Of a DNA stretch of 36,597 nucleotides, positions 10,941 through 24,035 are shown piece by piece. Location: positions 682,001 through 718,597 of the forward strand of contig OY253688.1 in NCBI GenBank assembly GCA_958009085.1. Reading direction: 5' to 3'. Made by a program: the position numbers and the translations under genes. The notes under the pieces were generated by a model that saw only the letters and a list, made by a program, of their open reading frames with translations, had not been told where the DNA came from and searched no databases. This DNA comes from Protoeuglena noctilucae (taxonomy: Eukaryota). Position 1 is the first letter of the stretch; each line of letters starts with the position of its first letter.

Positions 10941-13900
10941 TCACAGCTGCCCCGCCGCATCGTCATCCTCATCGTTGTCCCCCTCATCCTCCCAGAAGCT
11001 CACCGGCCCCGCAAACACGATCCCCTGCGCCACCACGCAAGCGCCCACCAGCCCGCCACCCATGGACACGCTCGCACCCGCGCTCGCCTTGCGGCCCTCG
11101 GGGTCGCGAGACGCACGCACGTCCATGCGAGACCCGTCCGCCGTGATCAACACCCCGCGCAACTCCATTCCCTCATCCGACTTGTTCCCATTCCCATTGC
11201 CACCCTCGCTGCCACCCCCGCACCCCTCCCCCCCGCACCCGCCGCCCTCGCCCCACCCGTCGCAAGAGGGGGGGTCGGCATCGGCACGCGCACTCGCATT
11301 TGCGTCAGGCGCCCACCCGCACGCGCCACTGTTCTGTGCGGCCCAGAGAGCGCGCGCGCGGCCGTGGGTGGGGGGCCAGCGGGGCTTGGGGAGGAGGGCG
11401 GGGGTGGCGGTGGGGGGTGGGGCGGAGGTGGTGGAGGTGGTTGGTGAGGGTGACGAGGTGGGTGCGCCTCTCATGCGCGCTCGCTCCTCAATGCGGTGCC
11501 TGGGGGGGGGGTGGGGGGAGAAGAGGGGAGTGGGTAATGGAATGGCACTGCATGCGACCAACAACACTCCACCTCGCTCTCGCCGTCACTGCCCACCTAC
11601 CCCATGCACTCCCTCTCTACCCACATCCACACTTCACTCCCCCATGCACTCCCTCCCACTCACCTCAATGCCTCTCCCCCATGCACTCCCTCCCACTCAC
11701 CTCAATGCCTCGTTCTCGCTCCCCCTCCTCAGCAGCTCCTGCAGGCTGACGCCACCACCCCCCCGCCTGCGTGATGCGCCCAGGGGCAGCAGAGAGGCGG
11801 TGGATGTGGATGCGGAGAAGGGGGGGACTGGGGGGGAGAGGAGAGAGGGAGTGAGTGGGAGTGGGAGTGGGATTGGCAGTGAGTGTGACTGCGATGGATG
11901 GCATGCCAAGCCAGCTCAAGTGCAAGCCACTTGCGAATGTGCGCGACTGCCGCATATGCATGCACCACACACACACGCTCCCCCCCCCCCTCACCTTCCT
12001 CTTCCCGACCCCTCGCGTCCCCCCCCCTCCCTCCCCCCCCACTCCCCCTCCCCCCACGTCGGCACCCCCCTCGGCTCCCCCCTCACGCGGATCATGCCGC
12101 CCTCGTAGTGAAGCACGTAGATGTCGCGGTCGCCCAGCAACACCTGAGAGTTGTGGGAAGTAAGACGTTAATTAGTATCATTGGGGTTACTAGTCACCCA
12201 GCAACACCTGGGGGGGCGAATAACGAAAGGTTCAAGCATCCGTCATTGTCACCCAACAACACCTGGGGAGAGTGGAATGGCAGGAGTAATTCAGTTCATT
12301 GAACATCAGATAATGGCATGGTTTGCGCGGGCGATATATCACAGATGTACCACCCACCCTCCCCACCCCTCACCTCATCCCCCTCCCCCTCCCCCTCCTC
12401 GCTCCCCCCCTCCTCGTCACTCCCCCCCTCCCCCTCATCCTCAGCCACTGCCTCTGTCGCTGCCTCCCCCTCATCGTCTGAGTCAGGCGCCTCCACCCCC
12501 GCAATGCCCAGCAGCTCCAAATTCAAACCCATGGCTGCGGAGGTGGGGGTGGGGGGTTAGAAATGTGTTGTTGGCATCTATGTTGCACACAGATGGGATA
12601 GGATAGGCAACACATGCACCTGGGCAAGCATGCACACGCACACTGACTGACGCACGCACACACACACCCACACCCACACACACACACACTCACCCACACA
12701 CACACACACCCAACTTATACACAAATACAAACACTAGCACCCATACACCCACAGACTCACCCGACAGCGTCGACTGCGCCGTGTAGTCCGACAAATCAAA
12801 CACCTCCACCCCTCCCCCGGGCGCCGCCGCCGTGAGACCCCTGGGAGCCTCGGCCCCACTCCACGCCCCATTATCATACCCGTGACTGTTGCTGTGAAGA
12901 TTCGAATGCTGACCACCCCAATGCCCCCTCTCCCCCCTCTCTCCCTCCAGCACGGTGTACCGATCTTTCGCCAGCTCCACCGCTCGTTCCAGATCAGTGG
13001 CGAGCACGGTGGCGAGCGGGGGCACGAGCACCGATCCGGGCCTCTCCACGTGCAAGTGGGCGTTGAGGTCGGATGCGGCGAGCACGGCCGAGGATGCGTC
13101 GACGCGCATGACGGATGCCGACAGGGGGAGGTACGGCTGCACGTTGTCGAGGAAGCGGTCAGCATCCGATTGGTCCTGGGTGATGAGAGAAGGGGGTGAG
13201 TGGGTGAGTGGGTGATTGAGTGGGTGAATGTGTGAGTGAGGGTGAAAGGTGCAGTGGGGGAGGTGTGGTGGGGTTGAGAGGGGAGTGTGTGTGTGGAGTG
13301 GTCAGGTGAAGAGGCGTCATCGATCGTGCATCTATCCATCACAGTCACCATCACCCCCTATAACTCGCCTGGAACACGGGCACGATGTCCCTGACCAAGT
13401 CGCACCCCTCCTCGACCGCCTTGAAGCAGTACAGGCCCATCATGCCCTCATGCTCGAATGCGAGAGCGAACACGCTGGGGGAAGGGGGAGAGGGGAGCGG
13501 GGAGTGAGCCTCTTACTCACTCCACGCCTCTTAACAACGTTACAGTCACACTCACACCCATACAGTCACCACCACAGTCACCCACCCCACCCCCATCCCA
13601 CCCCCACGTCACACCCCGTCCCACTCGCACTCACCTCCTCGGCATCCACCCCTTCACGGCCCCCCACAGCGTCCACCCATCCACGTCCCCCTCCGCCGTC
13701 GCCTGCAGGTACCGCAGCGACAGCAGCGACTCCTCCATGCCGCCCGCGCCGAGCAAGTCCGCGGGGTGGGGGAGGGCGTCGAAACACGAGGGGGGAGGGG
13801 GGCCGTCCATGCCGGGGACACCGCCCGCCCCGTCCAGGCCCTGGGGGAAAGGATAAGGATAAGGGGAGGCGTTTGAATGAGTATAAATGTGCGTATATGA

Positions 13901-14990
13901 TGGATGACGTCGCGTGATGGGGCGCTGCGCTGTCCCAGTACCAGTACCGGTGCAGCGGTGGGTGGGTTTTGTAGCACCCCCTAACCCATGCAAACCCATG
14001 CATGTGCGTAGTCGCTGTGCTTGCCTGGTTGGCGAGGGCGACGAGGGGGTCGATTGAGGCGCCCGGGGGGTACCGAATGCCCTTGTCGCGGAGGATGTCG
14101 ATGATGGGGAGCTGCGGGGAGTGGCGGGGGGGGCTGACGTGGCACGACCGGGCACGAGGGCTTGCAACGCGCGGCCGGGACGCCGGCGACCATGCGGAGT
14201 GTGCGGAGAGGGCGCGAGTGCATCGTACGAACGCAGCAGAGGCGTCGGCGGGGCTTCCTGGGCCCGCGCCGGCGCTCGCGGCGGGTGGCAACCCTTGCGA
14301 CCCACGTGCGCACTCTTTCACCGCGCCGCGGCTCACCCGGTGGTCGTAGAGGTCGTCGCAGAACATGGCGAACTCGATATCGCTCGAACACAGCGACAAC
14401 CAGCCCCGCTCGACCCACCGCCCCTCCCCGCGCGCCCCCAACACCACCGCCGGCCTCGCTAGGTCCTCCTCCTCCTCCTCGTCCGTGCCGTCGTTGGGGT
14501 CGTCCCAGAGCGGCTCCAGCGCAAACTCCAGCTCCCGATACGCCGCGGGAGGCTGGAAACCGAGCGCCGGGTCGATGTCGCGGCCGTCCACGCGGAACTC
14601 AGCATGGCGGTAGTCCAAATAGAGGTCCAGGACCTCGTCGTCGCCCTCGTTAGATGCAGCTGCGGGGAGGGGAGGAATAACAGCGCGTGCCGGCGCGGGA
14701 CGGAGGGGCGCCGCGGCCGGGGAGGGGCGGGGCGGAAGGATGGGGAGGGCACGTGTGAGGGCAGGAATCACGCGGCAAGCGGCGTCCGGGCGCCCCCGAC
14801 GATGCGCAGACGCGCGCGGGACGAACGGACACGGCGTTCGAACGCCGCGACAGCCGCACCGCTGCGCCGGGGGATCGCGGCGGGGCTGCGCGTCCGCCCT
14901 GCGAGGGATCCCGCCCCGCCGCGCCCCGCCGGCGCCAAGCCCGCGCGAGACCGTCGCGAACGCGCGCGTTGCTCTCACCCGTACCGACAT
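10941..14990 (-). CDS. Uncharacterised acidic protein with a DUF3110-like domain, possibly plastid-targeted
   Basis: Phase-consistent exons 14659-14337, 14111-14025, 13840-13635, 13474-13369, 13175-12761, 12534-12374, then 12143-11995, 11827-11701, 11499-10941 with one unresolved phase clash. VFALAFEHEGMMGLY...IVPVFQDQSDADRFL...VLVPPLATVLATDLER resembles, from memory, the cyanobacterial/plant DUF3110 pattern. The Arg/Ala/Ser-rich N-terminus from the ATG at 14990 has an uncertain exon structure. Confidence 0.7.
12633..12711. repeat. Imperfect (CA)n microsatellite, intronic
   Basis: cacacgcacac...cacacacccacacccacacacacacacactcacccacacacacacacacc. Confidence 0.85.
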
Positions 14991-16220
14991 CCGCGCCCCC
15001 CGGGCCGCTGGCCCTCCGCGCGGTCAGGGGTCGCGCGAAGGGTCCACGCCCCGCGGCGCGCCGCCCCGTCCATCGCGCGAGGCCCGTGACAAGCGGGCGC
15101 GAGTTCCCACACGCATCCATTGGCCCAAGCTAGAGATGTGCGTGCCGAGACGGGCCCCGATCACAGTCGTGCGGGGCGCTAGGGCGCAGCAAGGGCACCC
15201 GCAGGAGAAGCGCGGCCCCCGGCCGATCCCCGGGGCCGATCGAGGACTGCGCGGAAAGAACGTTACCCACAGACGCTGTGGGTTCGAAATATCGCCGCCT
15301 GCGGGCCTCTGCGGCGCGGCAGGGTCGCAACGAATCTCTTCGTTCGTTAATGCGCAGGCGGGAGCTAAGCGATTGATTCGTGGGCTCGCCGGTCACTCAG
15401 GCAAACATTGACGCGTCGGGCAGTGCGCTCGGCCGGAAGGCTACGCCACGAGGGCACGCGACCGAGACCGACTGACCAAAAGGGCTATTACCCAGTTGGT
15501 GGGGGGACAGCAGAAGCCACGGGCGCGATGCTCGCGCAGTGCGGGCGCGGAATAAGATGTGGGCGGGGCTCTATCCTGCAGCGACGACTCGAGGCTAGGG
15601 GCCGACCCCGGCATGCGACGAGTTGGCGGCCGGAGTGTAGCTCCGCGGCGAGAGCCTTGAGGGTCGGACTCCTTGCAGCGAAATTTCAGCAGAGCAATCG
15701 TGTCGTTGGCGAAGGCGGGGCATCCCCAGGCGTTGTCCTCAGCGCGGGGACTCGTCTCCTCGCAGTGGCGCGCCTACGGTCCCTGCCTCAAGGGCGCCTG
15801 CCGACCGCGACGGGTGACAGGCGCGCGGCGGATAGTGTATACATTGCAATGCACCGCGTGTTAGCTGCGTCTCCGCTCGCTGCGCCTTGGGAGGTCCCGC
15901 ACGTCCTACATGCTCGCTGTGGCGGGCCTCGCGCGCGCGTGTTCGAGGTCCCTTGCTTGACTGGCGTCACTGCGCGCATCATGTGTGTCATAGCTATGCG
16001 TCTCTGTGCTTGTCACGCATCCCGACTCCCCACGCTCGCCTCCGTCGCTGTTGCAGACACAACGTCCAGCTTGAGTGGCCCGGGAGGGACCTTATTTCCT
16101 CTTTTGGCGTTGCCATTCCACGCATGTTATCATCCACATCCCTTGCTTGCGCTAACGTGTCCTCCGCCCCTCTCCGCAGGCTGAGCGGGTGGCCGGCCCT
16201 GTCGTTGGGCTCGGCGCGCC

Positions 16221-19200
16221 ATGACGCAGGCCGCGCCGGCCCCGAAGCTGCCGCCGCTGGCAGCGGGGATCCTCGAGTCCCTCGCGGCGCGTCAGCCAGC
16301 GGCGGTGGTGGTATCGACGGCGAGCTTCGACGTCCCCACGGGCCAGGTGGCTGGCCGCGACGCGAATTCACGTTGAAATTGCCTAATTTTGGTACGCGCA
16401 GTTTATTCATATCATAAACTCCGCGTTTCTGTCCCCGCAGCGCCTCGACTCCCACGCCCTGGCCTCCACGTCGGGGCCCCCAGATGCGACCCCGCGCCCC
16501 AACTCCCGCGGCAAGGCCCTGCCCCCTCTGCTGGCATCGGCAGCCACCCCGGTGAGTCGAACCAATCCGGTGGCACACGGGTCGTGCCTGTCACACAGCG
16601 GGGCGATGCCTAACCCTGTGTGGGCGTGTGCGCATCCATACACAGCCATCAGCGCCCATCCCTACACATATGAAACCCCTCATTTCGCCCATCGCAGATG
16701 ACGGGGACTGGTGCACCGGCACGGGGTCCCTCAGACACGGGCAATGCACCCAGGAGCGCCCACGACAGGCTGGGAACGCGTGAGTGGGCGACTGAACACG
16801 TTGTGATGCAGCTGGCGGAGGGGTTTGCGATTGATCCCCCTGCCCATGAACATGCAGTCTACCCATCTCTTTCTTACCTTCCCTCACTTGTTTAACCCTC
16901 TCTCCCCCCACCCCCTCGCTTCCTCACCCCACCTCTGTTGCCCACCCACCCCCATCCACAGTATCGGTGCGCACGGCTGGCAAGGCGGGCGTGTTATTAG
17001 AGGCAGTCACTGCCGATGCCTTCGCCACGGCTGCGGGGGCGGGGGAGTGGGACGACCACGGCCCGGACGGCATGCATGGGGTGCGGGGGGCACACGTGTC
17101 GGCAGCGGCACTGGAGGTGAGGGGGGCATTGGGGGGTGGAATGGGGAGTAAAGGGTAACACGTAGTCTCTGTACGCACATTCTCATCCCTCTTTTCTTAC
17201 AGCGCACATTGTCTCACGTCGTCTGTGCACCCTCGAATCACACTGACACAATGCCAGTACATCATCACTACTCCCCCTCCCACCTGCAGCGTGCGCTGTC
17301 CCAGGTCGTCTCTGAACCACGCATGCTAATACATCACTACCCACGCATGCCAACGCATCACTACTCCTCTCCCCTTTAATGCAGCGCGCCTTATCCCAGG
17401 TCGTCTCTGCCCTGGATCCCTTAGGCGATCCTGGCCCCTCCCCCCCCCTCGCCCCCCTGCACCGACTGGGGCTGTCCAGGGAAGCACTGGGGCAGGCGGG
17501 GGTGCCCGCGGACATTGCAGAACGGTGAGAGGGAGGGACAATGTTTGAATAAGTACTGTTTGGTTGTTTATAGTCTCTACGTGCCTTCACTGTTGACACC
17601 CCGCATGCGTTAATGCTTCACTCCGTAGCTACACTTCAACCTCATCCCACCCCTCTACTCCAGCTTTCACAATCACCATCCCTCTCTCACATTCACAAAA
17701 CTACTCCCCCCACTCCCCTCTCCTCAGCATCCACCGCCTCCTCTACGTCAGCACCGTCGGATTTGGCGCGTCGCTCTCCGCCGCCCTCCGCCCCTGCCGC
17801 CACCGCTCCAGCGACGTCATGCGGAGAATCGTCACGGGATACCTGGCCCTCGCGTGCGCGTCCCTGCGCCACACCTTTCACTCGGAAGTGCTGGCGCTGG
17901 CCGAGCTGACGTCCGCGCAGGCGGCCGAGCTGCACGACAGGCTGGAGAGACTGGCGCAGGTGGGAGTGACGGTGGGACCGATGGATGTGCCTCTCCCTCA
18001 TGTCTCTCACATCTCTCCCTCATCTCTATCACTCTTTTCACCTCTCCCCCATCCCCATCTCACTTCAGGCCTACACCGACCAGTCCACGCTCGAGCGCGC
18101 CCTGGCCAGCGTCGTCTCCGCCCACGCCGAGGAGGTGTCGCGGAACAGGGCACTGACGGGGCAACTAGAGAACGTGCAAGCAACTGTGGAAGATTTGGAT
18201 AAGAGATACGCCATGACCAGGCACCAATACATCGCGGAGGCGCAACACCGGGCGGACCTGCAAGCAGAGGTGGGGGCATGACGTGCGCGTGTGTGTCTGT
18301 GTCTGTGTCTGTGTCTGTGGAGATGTGAAATGCAGGGACTGCGAAGGAGGTGGATTGCCGGATCGGAGTGACTCTGTTACTCTGCGCTGCATGCCCGCTC
18401 ACGCACCCACACGCCCACCCCACCCTCTCACGCCCCCCCTCTCCCCTCTCCCCCACTGTTACCCCTCCCATTCCTCACACCCCCGTTATTCAAATCCCCC
18501 CCAGGTCGCCTCCCTCCGGCAGCGCGTGGCATCGGCCGAGGCGACCGCGCAAGAGTGCCGGGAGGGGGAGAGGCGCGCGGAGGAGTCGCTGTTGAAATTC
18601 AAATCGGAGACGGAAGCCGAGCTGGCCAGGGTGCCGGGGCTGGAGGAGGAACTGGCCAGGGAAAGGGGTGAGGGGGTTGGATGGGGTGCAGTGAGGGATG
18701 GGATGGGGGCTTTTGGGTTGTGAAGACGGGTGAGTGGGGGTGAGGGTGAGGGAGAGATGGGGTTGTGGTAGGAACAGAAATGGTTATGGAGAGGGGTGAG
18801 GGGTAAAATGGCATGGGGGGTCGCGTCCCTATCTATCCCGCTCATCCCCTAACCCTCACCCCCCCATCCCCCCTCCCATACATGTCCCCTGTTCCCCCAT
18901 CTCCCTTCCCCATCTCATCTACCCCCCCACCCTCCCCAATCCCCCATCTCCCAGGCCTGCGCGAGGCTGCCGAGGACCGCCTCTCCTCCCTCTCTTCTAC
19001 AAACGAGCGATCGGAGTGGCGGCAGAGAGTCACGCACGCGCGCTTCCAAGAAGAGATGGGGGCCAAGGGGGCCATGCAGGAAAGAGTACTTAAAGCAGAA
19101 AGGGGTTTAACTGAAGCTACCGGGGAGCTCGCGCGGCTGAGGGAGGAACACCGCAAGCTGGGGAGGGTGTATGAGGAGTTGTTGACGGAGGGGGCGGGGC

Positions 19201-20654
19201 TGCGTGCGTCGGTGTCTCGGCTGGAGTTCGAGAGGGAGCGGCTGGTGGGGGCGAACCGGGAGCTGGAGACGAAAGGGATCGAGATGCAGGCGAGGGGGGT
19301 TGGGTGGGGGAATGGGGGAGAGTGGGTGATGGGGTGGTGTAAGGGATGGAGAGGGTGGTGATGGGAGATGAGCGTCAGGGAGATGCATGCGAGGGGGTGG
19401 GGGTGATGGGGGATGGGTGGTGTGAGTGAGGAGAGTGGTGGTAAGAGACTAAGGGGATTGAGATGCAGGCGAGGGGGTGATGGATGGGGAATGTGCGGGT
19501 GATGGGGTGGTGTGAGGGCTGGGGGCGAGTGGGTGACGGTAGCTGCCTCCATGCGTGCGAATGGGGAAGCAACGTGCTCCCCCGCCACCCCTCTCCTGCC
19601 ACGTGTGCCACTCCCCTTCCCCCTCCCTCCCCATCCCTCACCTGCTCTCGTCTCCTCTTCACCACCCCAGGAGGCCCTGGAGCGCAAGCGAGAGAAGAAG
19701 CGCGCTTACAAGGCAGCCGCGTCTGAGCTGCGAGGGTCCCGCGACAGTGCGGTGGAGCAGATCGAGCATCTGAGGTCGCAGCTGCAGTCGGTGACCAAGG
19801 AGAGGCAGGCGGCGGGGAGGGAGTGCGAGAGGGCCATGGGGGAGGCGAGGGGGTTGAGGTGAGGGGGGCGGAGTTGGTGGCAGTGGTTGGGGGTGGAAGT
19901 GGGGGTGGGGGGGTGCGGGCGAGTGGGGAGATGACTGTGCTCACCCACACACATCCCGCATCATCCCTCATCCCACATCACCCATCTCACCCATGCCATG
20001 CATTCACTCGCAGGGACCACCTGTATATACCAATGCGTGGCCTCACCCGCACACCTATCGTATCTCTCATCCCAAGCATCTCCTATGCACTCGCAGGGAC
20101 CACCTCCGCTCCGTCACGCTGGGCTTCACGCACGCCGTCCGCGCCCTCCGCGCCAACCAGACGGCCAGGCGATACCTGCAGCGGAGAGTGGCGGAGCTGT
20201 CGGCGGGGTGGACGGCAGCCAATACGCGGCTGGTGGGGGTGGAGAGGAGACTGGAGGGGCAGGTGAGAAGGGGGGGTGGGATGTGGTTATGAGAGGTGGA
20301 TGGGTGGGTGTGAGGCATTCCCTCCCCGTTTCGCACCCCATCCAATTCACCCTCCTTTTCAAATCTACCACCCGCACCCCACCTCACCCCATCATTCCCC
20401 CCCCATCCATCCCAGGTCGCCGAGTGCGCGCGCCTCAGGGACACTTTATCCGAATTGGAAAAGGACCTGCAGGCCGCATCCCAGCGCGCATCGGACGCCG
20501 AAGACAACGCCCGGCGACTGGAGGCGGCGTTGGCAGAGGCGGAGGGGCGGCTGCGTCTGGGGAGGGACGACTTCGCGACGGCGCAGGAGAGGCTGGAGGA
20601 GGCCAAGAGGGGGAGCGAGGGTGAGTGTGGGGGTGGGGGAGTGTATATGTCTGT

Positions 20655-20692
<38 letters not shown>

Positions 20693-23498
20693 CTGCAGGA
20701 GGCCAAGAGGGGGAGCGAGGGGGAGCGTGTGGTTGTTGTGTGGTAGAGGGAGGGGGAGGGTGGGGCAGAAGACATGGCAGGCCGCGACTCACCTCCCCGC
20801 TCCCGCCATCCCCGTCACTCCTCACCACCCACCCCACCCATGCTATTACTCACCACATCAACACCCCCCCCAAAACCCCTTATCCCTGCAGCTCTCGAGG
20901 CCACCTTAGCCACCCTCCGCCGTCAATTAGAAGAGCGCGCGGCAGAGCTGCAGGCGGCGCGTGACAGGGCGGACGCGGCGGAGCGAGAGCTCAGCACCGT
21001 GCGTGGGACGGTGGCGACGATGAAGATCGAAAAGACGCAGATGCAGGGGCAGCTGCAGGCGGGGAGGCAGACGATACGGGTGAGTGGGAGGGGATATATA
21101 GTGTGAATTAAGTGATGATGGGTGCATGCGTGGGAGGCAGACAATACGGGTGAGGTTGAGGGGTGGGTGAGTGTCATGCACCATTTGCCAAGTGCACCCA
21201 TCACACTCACCGTCTCTCTGCCACATTCCACTGCTTTTGCACGACCTGTAGTCCTGAGATATGATATGCTCACATTCCTCTCTTATATTCAAATTCACTC
21301 GCAGGATCTTCAGTCCAAAGTGGCCGAGGAGCAGACGCGCGTGAAGGACGGGCTGGCGAGGGAGGCGGCACTCAAGGCGACGGTGGCAGATCTGGAGAGG
21401 CAGCTGAGGGGGGCCACGGGACGGGGAGACGGGCTGCAGGTGAGGGGGTTGGATGGTAGTGGGAGAGATAGGATGGGGTGGCATTGCAGGGGAGAGTAAG
21501 GTCAGCGACAGCTGTGCGCAATCCAACTCCCTCTCCCTCTCCCGTATTAGATTCCACAAATACTCATTCTTTCTCACTATCTTATTCCAATTTTTCAAAT
21601 CTTTACACCCCACTCCCTCTGCCCCTACGCAGACCCTCTTGGACGAGCAGCGTCGTCTTTTGGAGGAGGAGAAGCGCCTGCGAGCGGCAGACGTGGAGAG
21701 ACTCTTAGCGGTACAGGCGGCGGTATCTGATGAGTTGGAAAAGACGAGAGAGGATCTAAAGCGGGAGGTGGAGGGTCGCGGGGAGGACGTGCAGTGGCGG
21801 GAGGAGGAGATGGCGCGGCTGCGGGCGGTGTTGGCAAAGCAAGCCGAGGAGATCGAGGAGAAGAAAAAGACGATCGAGGCCAGGGATAAGAGGATACAGG
21901 CGAGGAGATGGCTGTACTGCGCGGTTGCATGGTTGGCTGGTTGTCCGCCGCGGTCGTTTTTGTGATGTGTTTGCACTGTTATATGGCTGCTTGTGGGGGA
22001 TTAGCCCCTAGGCACATCACTGCTGTGCTGCTACCCCCAACCACCTGGTTACGGCAGATGTGCGATGCGAACGGGTCGGTGTCGTTGTGTGTGTCGCAGG
22101 AGTTGCGTGACCGCATTGAGAAGCAGAACGGCGCCTTGGAGGATCTGCGGGAGAGGCTGGACGAAGAGAGGGAGAGGAACGAGAGATTAAATGAACAGAA
22201 GGTCTACTTCGAGTCACAGGTGGGTATTTGAATGGGGGGATGGCAGGTGGGGTGAGGGTTTACTTCGAGTCACAGGTGCGTATTTAAAAGGCATGCGAAA
22301 AGCCCAGACAGACTATGGGTGTGCTCCTTTCACAAGTCTGACCCACTCACTCACTCCCTCACTCACTCACTCCCCCACCCACTCTCAGGTCTCTTCGATC
22401 AAGGCGGCCAACGACCACTTGAACGACAGGCACGTGATGGACGAGGAGGAGATCCGCAGGCTGCAGGGGATGCTGGTGGAGGAGGGGAAGGTGCTGGCGT
22501 CATCGCAGGAGGAGCAGGTGAGTGTGTGACATGGGGCATGGGGCATGGCATGGCATGGGGAGGTGCTGCGTCATCGTATCCGGGAGATATCCGGGAGACA
22601 CCCGGGATCGCAGGAAGAACAGGCGAGTGCATGGCATGGGGCGCATGCGTGGTGTGATGAGATGGCATGCGGTGGCAAAGCAGAGATAGGCGCTCGTCTC
22701 CACCAACCCTCACTGCCACCCCCACTGCCACCCTTAACACCACCCCCACTCCCACCCCCACTGCCCCCCCCACTGCCACCCTCACCCTCCCCCTCCTCTC
22801 CCCCCCCAGGAGCACGCCGTTGCCAAGGCCCGCCAGCAGGCGGAGCTGGCCTCCCGCGCGCGCATGCTCAGCCAGGAGACGAAGTGGCTCAGCGCGATGC
22901 GACGCGCAGTGGAGGACCTGCGTGATCGCGAGAAGGGGTACGACGCACTGCAGCGACTGTTCAAGGCGGTGGAGCTGAGCGTGGAGGACATGGGGGGGCT
23001 GGCGAAGGGGGTCCGGGACAACGCGGAGCCTGAGGGGGAGGAGAGGGGGGAGGGGGGGGCGGTGCGGGCGCAGCGCAGGCGAGCAAGGGGGGGTTGGGTC
23101 AGTGCTGGTTTGAGTACTGAGTGAGTAGAGGTTGTAAGAGTTGTGGTTGGGATGGGATGGAGGAGTATGCACGTGCATGATGCGACTATCGCCGTAATCA
23201 CCGCCACCGCTTCCCCCATGCACCCTCACTCACTCACCAACCACCCATTCCTTTCTCCTCACATGTTAATCCTCCCCCCTCTCTCTAATTATCTCTCAGG
23301 CTCACGGACCGCGAGAAGGACCGGGAGCGCTTTGTGTCTCTGCTGCTCGAGCGCGTGGACGTGGTGCGTGCCGATTTGGAGAAGGCCAAGGAAGTGAGGA
23401 TGGAGTTCAATCGGCCCAAGTCCGCGAGGGGGTACCAGGCGATGCTCAAAGAGAGCCAGGAGCTGGTGGAGGAGTTGGGGGGGAGGGTGGAGAGGTGA
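16221..23498 (+). CDS. Large uncharacterised coiled-coil protein, ~1131 aa, 19 coding exons
   Basis: Exons 16221-16346, 16441-16551, 16698-16779, 16962-17116, 17400-17524, 17728-17959, 18069-18269, 18505-18667, 18955-19289, 19671-19858, 20097-20262, 20416-20620, 20892-21079, 21305-21439, 21633-21899, 22100-22219, 22389-22517, 22810-23078, 23300-23498 join without stops or phase clashes. It is E/R/A/L/Q heptad-rich from ~17900 onward. A non-coiled segment, LGLSREALGQAGVPADIAERIHRLLYVSTVGF, precedes the coil. A probable 5'UTR intron has its acceptor at 16179. Confidence 0.88.
20587..20730 (+). repeat. Direct repeat: exon end plus donor (20587-20629) copied 100 bp downstream in the intron
   Basis: gagaggctggaggaggccaagagggggagcgagggtgagtgtg vs gagaggctgcaggaggccaagagggggagcgagggggagcgtg. 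Confidence 0.92.
20657..20690. repeat. (GA)n microsatellite, intronic
   Basis: gagagagagagagagagagagagagagaga directly abutting a duplicated exon end. Confidence 0.9.
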
Positions 23499-24035
23499 CG
23501 GAGGGGGACGGGGCGTCGCGCGCGGCAGTAGCGATGGGCGTGTACGTAATGGGGGTGCTTGAAGTGTTACACGGAGCCGAGTGGAGGAAGTGTACCCTAA
23601 CCCTCGTGAGCGAGAGTGCGGGTGTCGCCATGCGCTCTGTGCCTCTGCGGCGAGGTGTGTTGTCATGGCATGACATGCGCACGGCAGGTCGGTCGAGTGA
23701 CCAGGGCTGCGGCAGGAAGGCGGACAGCGCAATTGCCCCATTCACAGACGTTGCCCCTCTTCAAACGCGTCGCCCCTCCAAACGGGGCGGCGAGCGCGGG
23801 GCTGGCCGTGAGACTGCGGCTGGCTACACAGGGAGCGGGCCCTAACAAGGCCCAGCCAGGTTAACATACAAGACAAGACAGGGGGCGTGCGGTGGGTCAA
23901 AGACGCACGCCCGACAGAGAGGCAGGCAGCCAGGCAGTCGCAGCCGTCCGGTCGAGAAGGGAGCGAGCGGCGCTGGCGTGCCCAGAGATTGATGCGCGTA
24001 CCACACGCATGCGTATGCGCATATTCAGAGGCGCG

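Noticed and set aside
15408..16184. 258-aa ORF upstream of the coiled-coil gene
   Set aside because: Arg/Ala-rich with no family features; better explained as promoter, 5'UTR and a UTR intron ending at 16179.
3653..23604. Isolated TTAGGG/CCCTAA units (3653-3668, 16609, 18847, 23595) as interstitial telomeres or telo-boxes
   Set aside because: Only one or two units each, expected in G/C-run-rich sequence.
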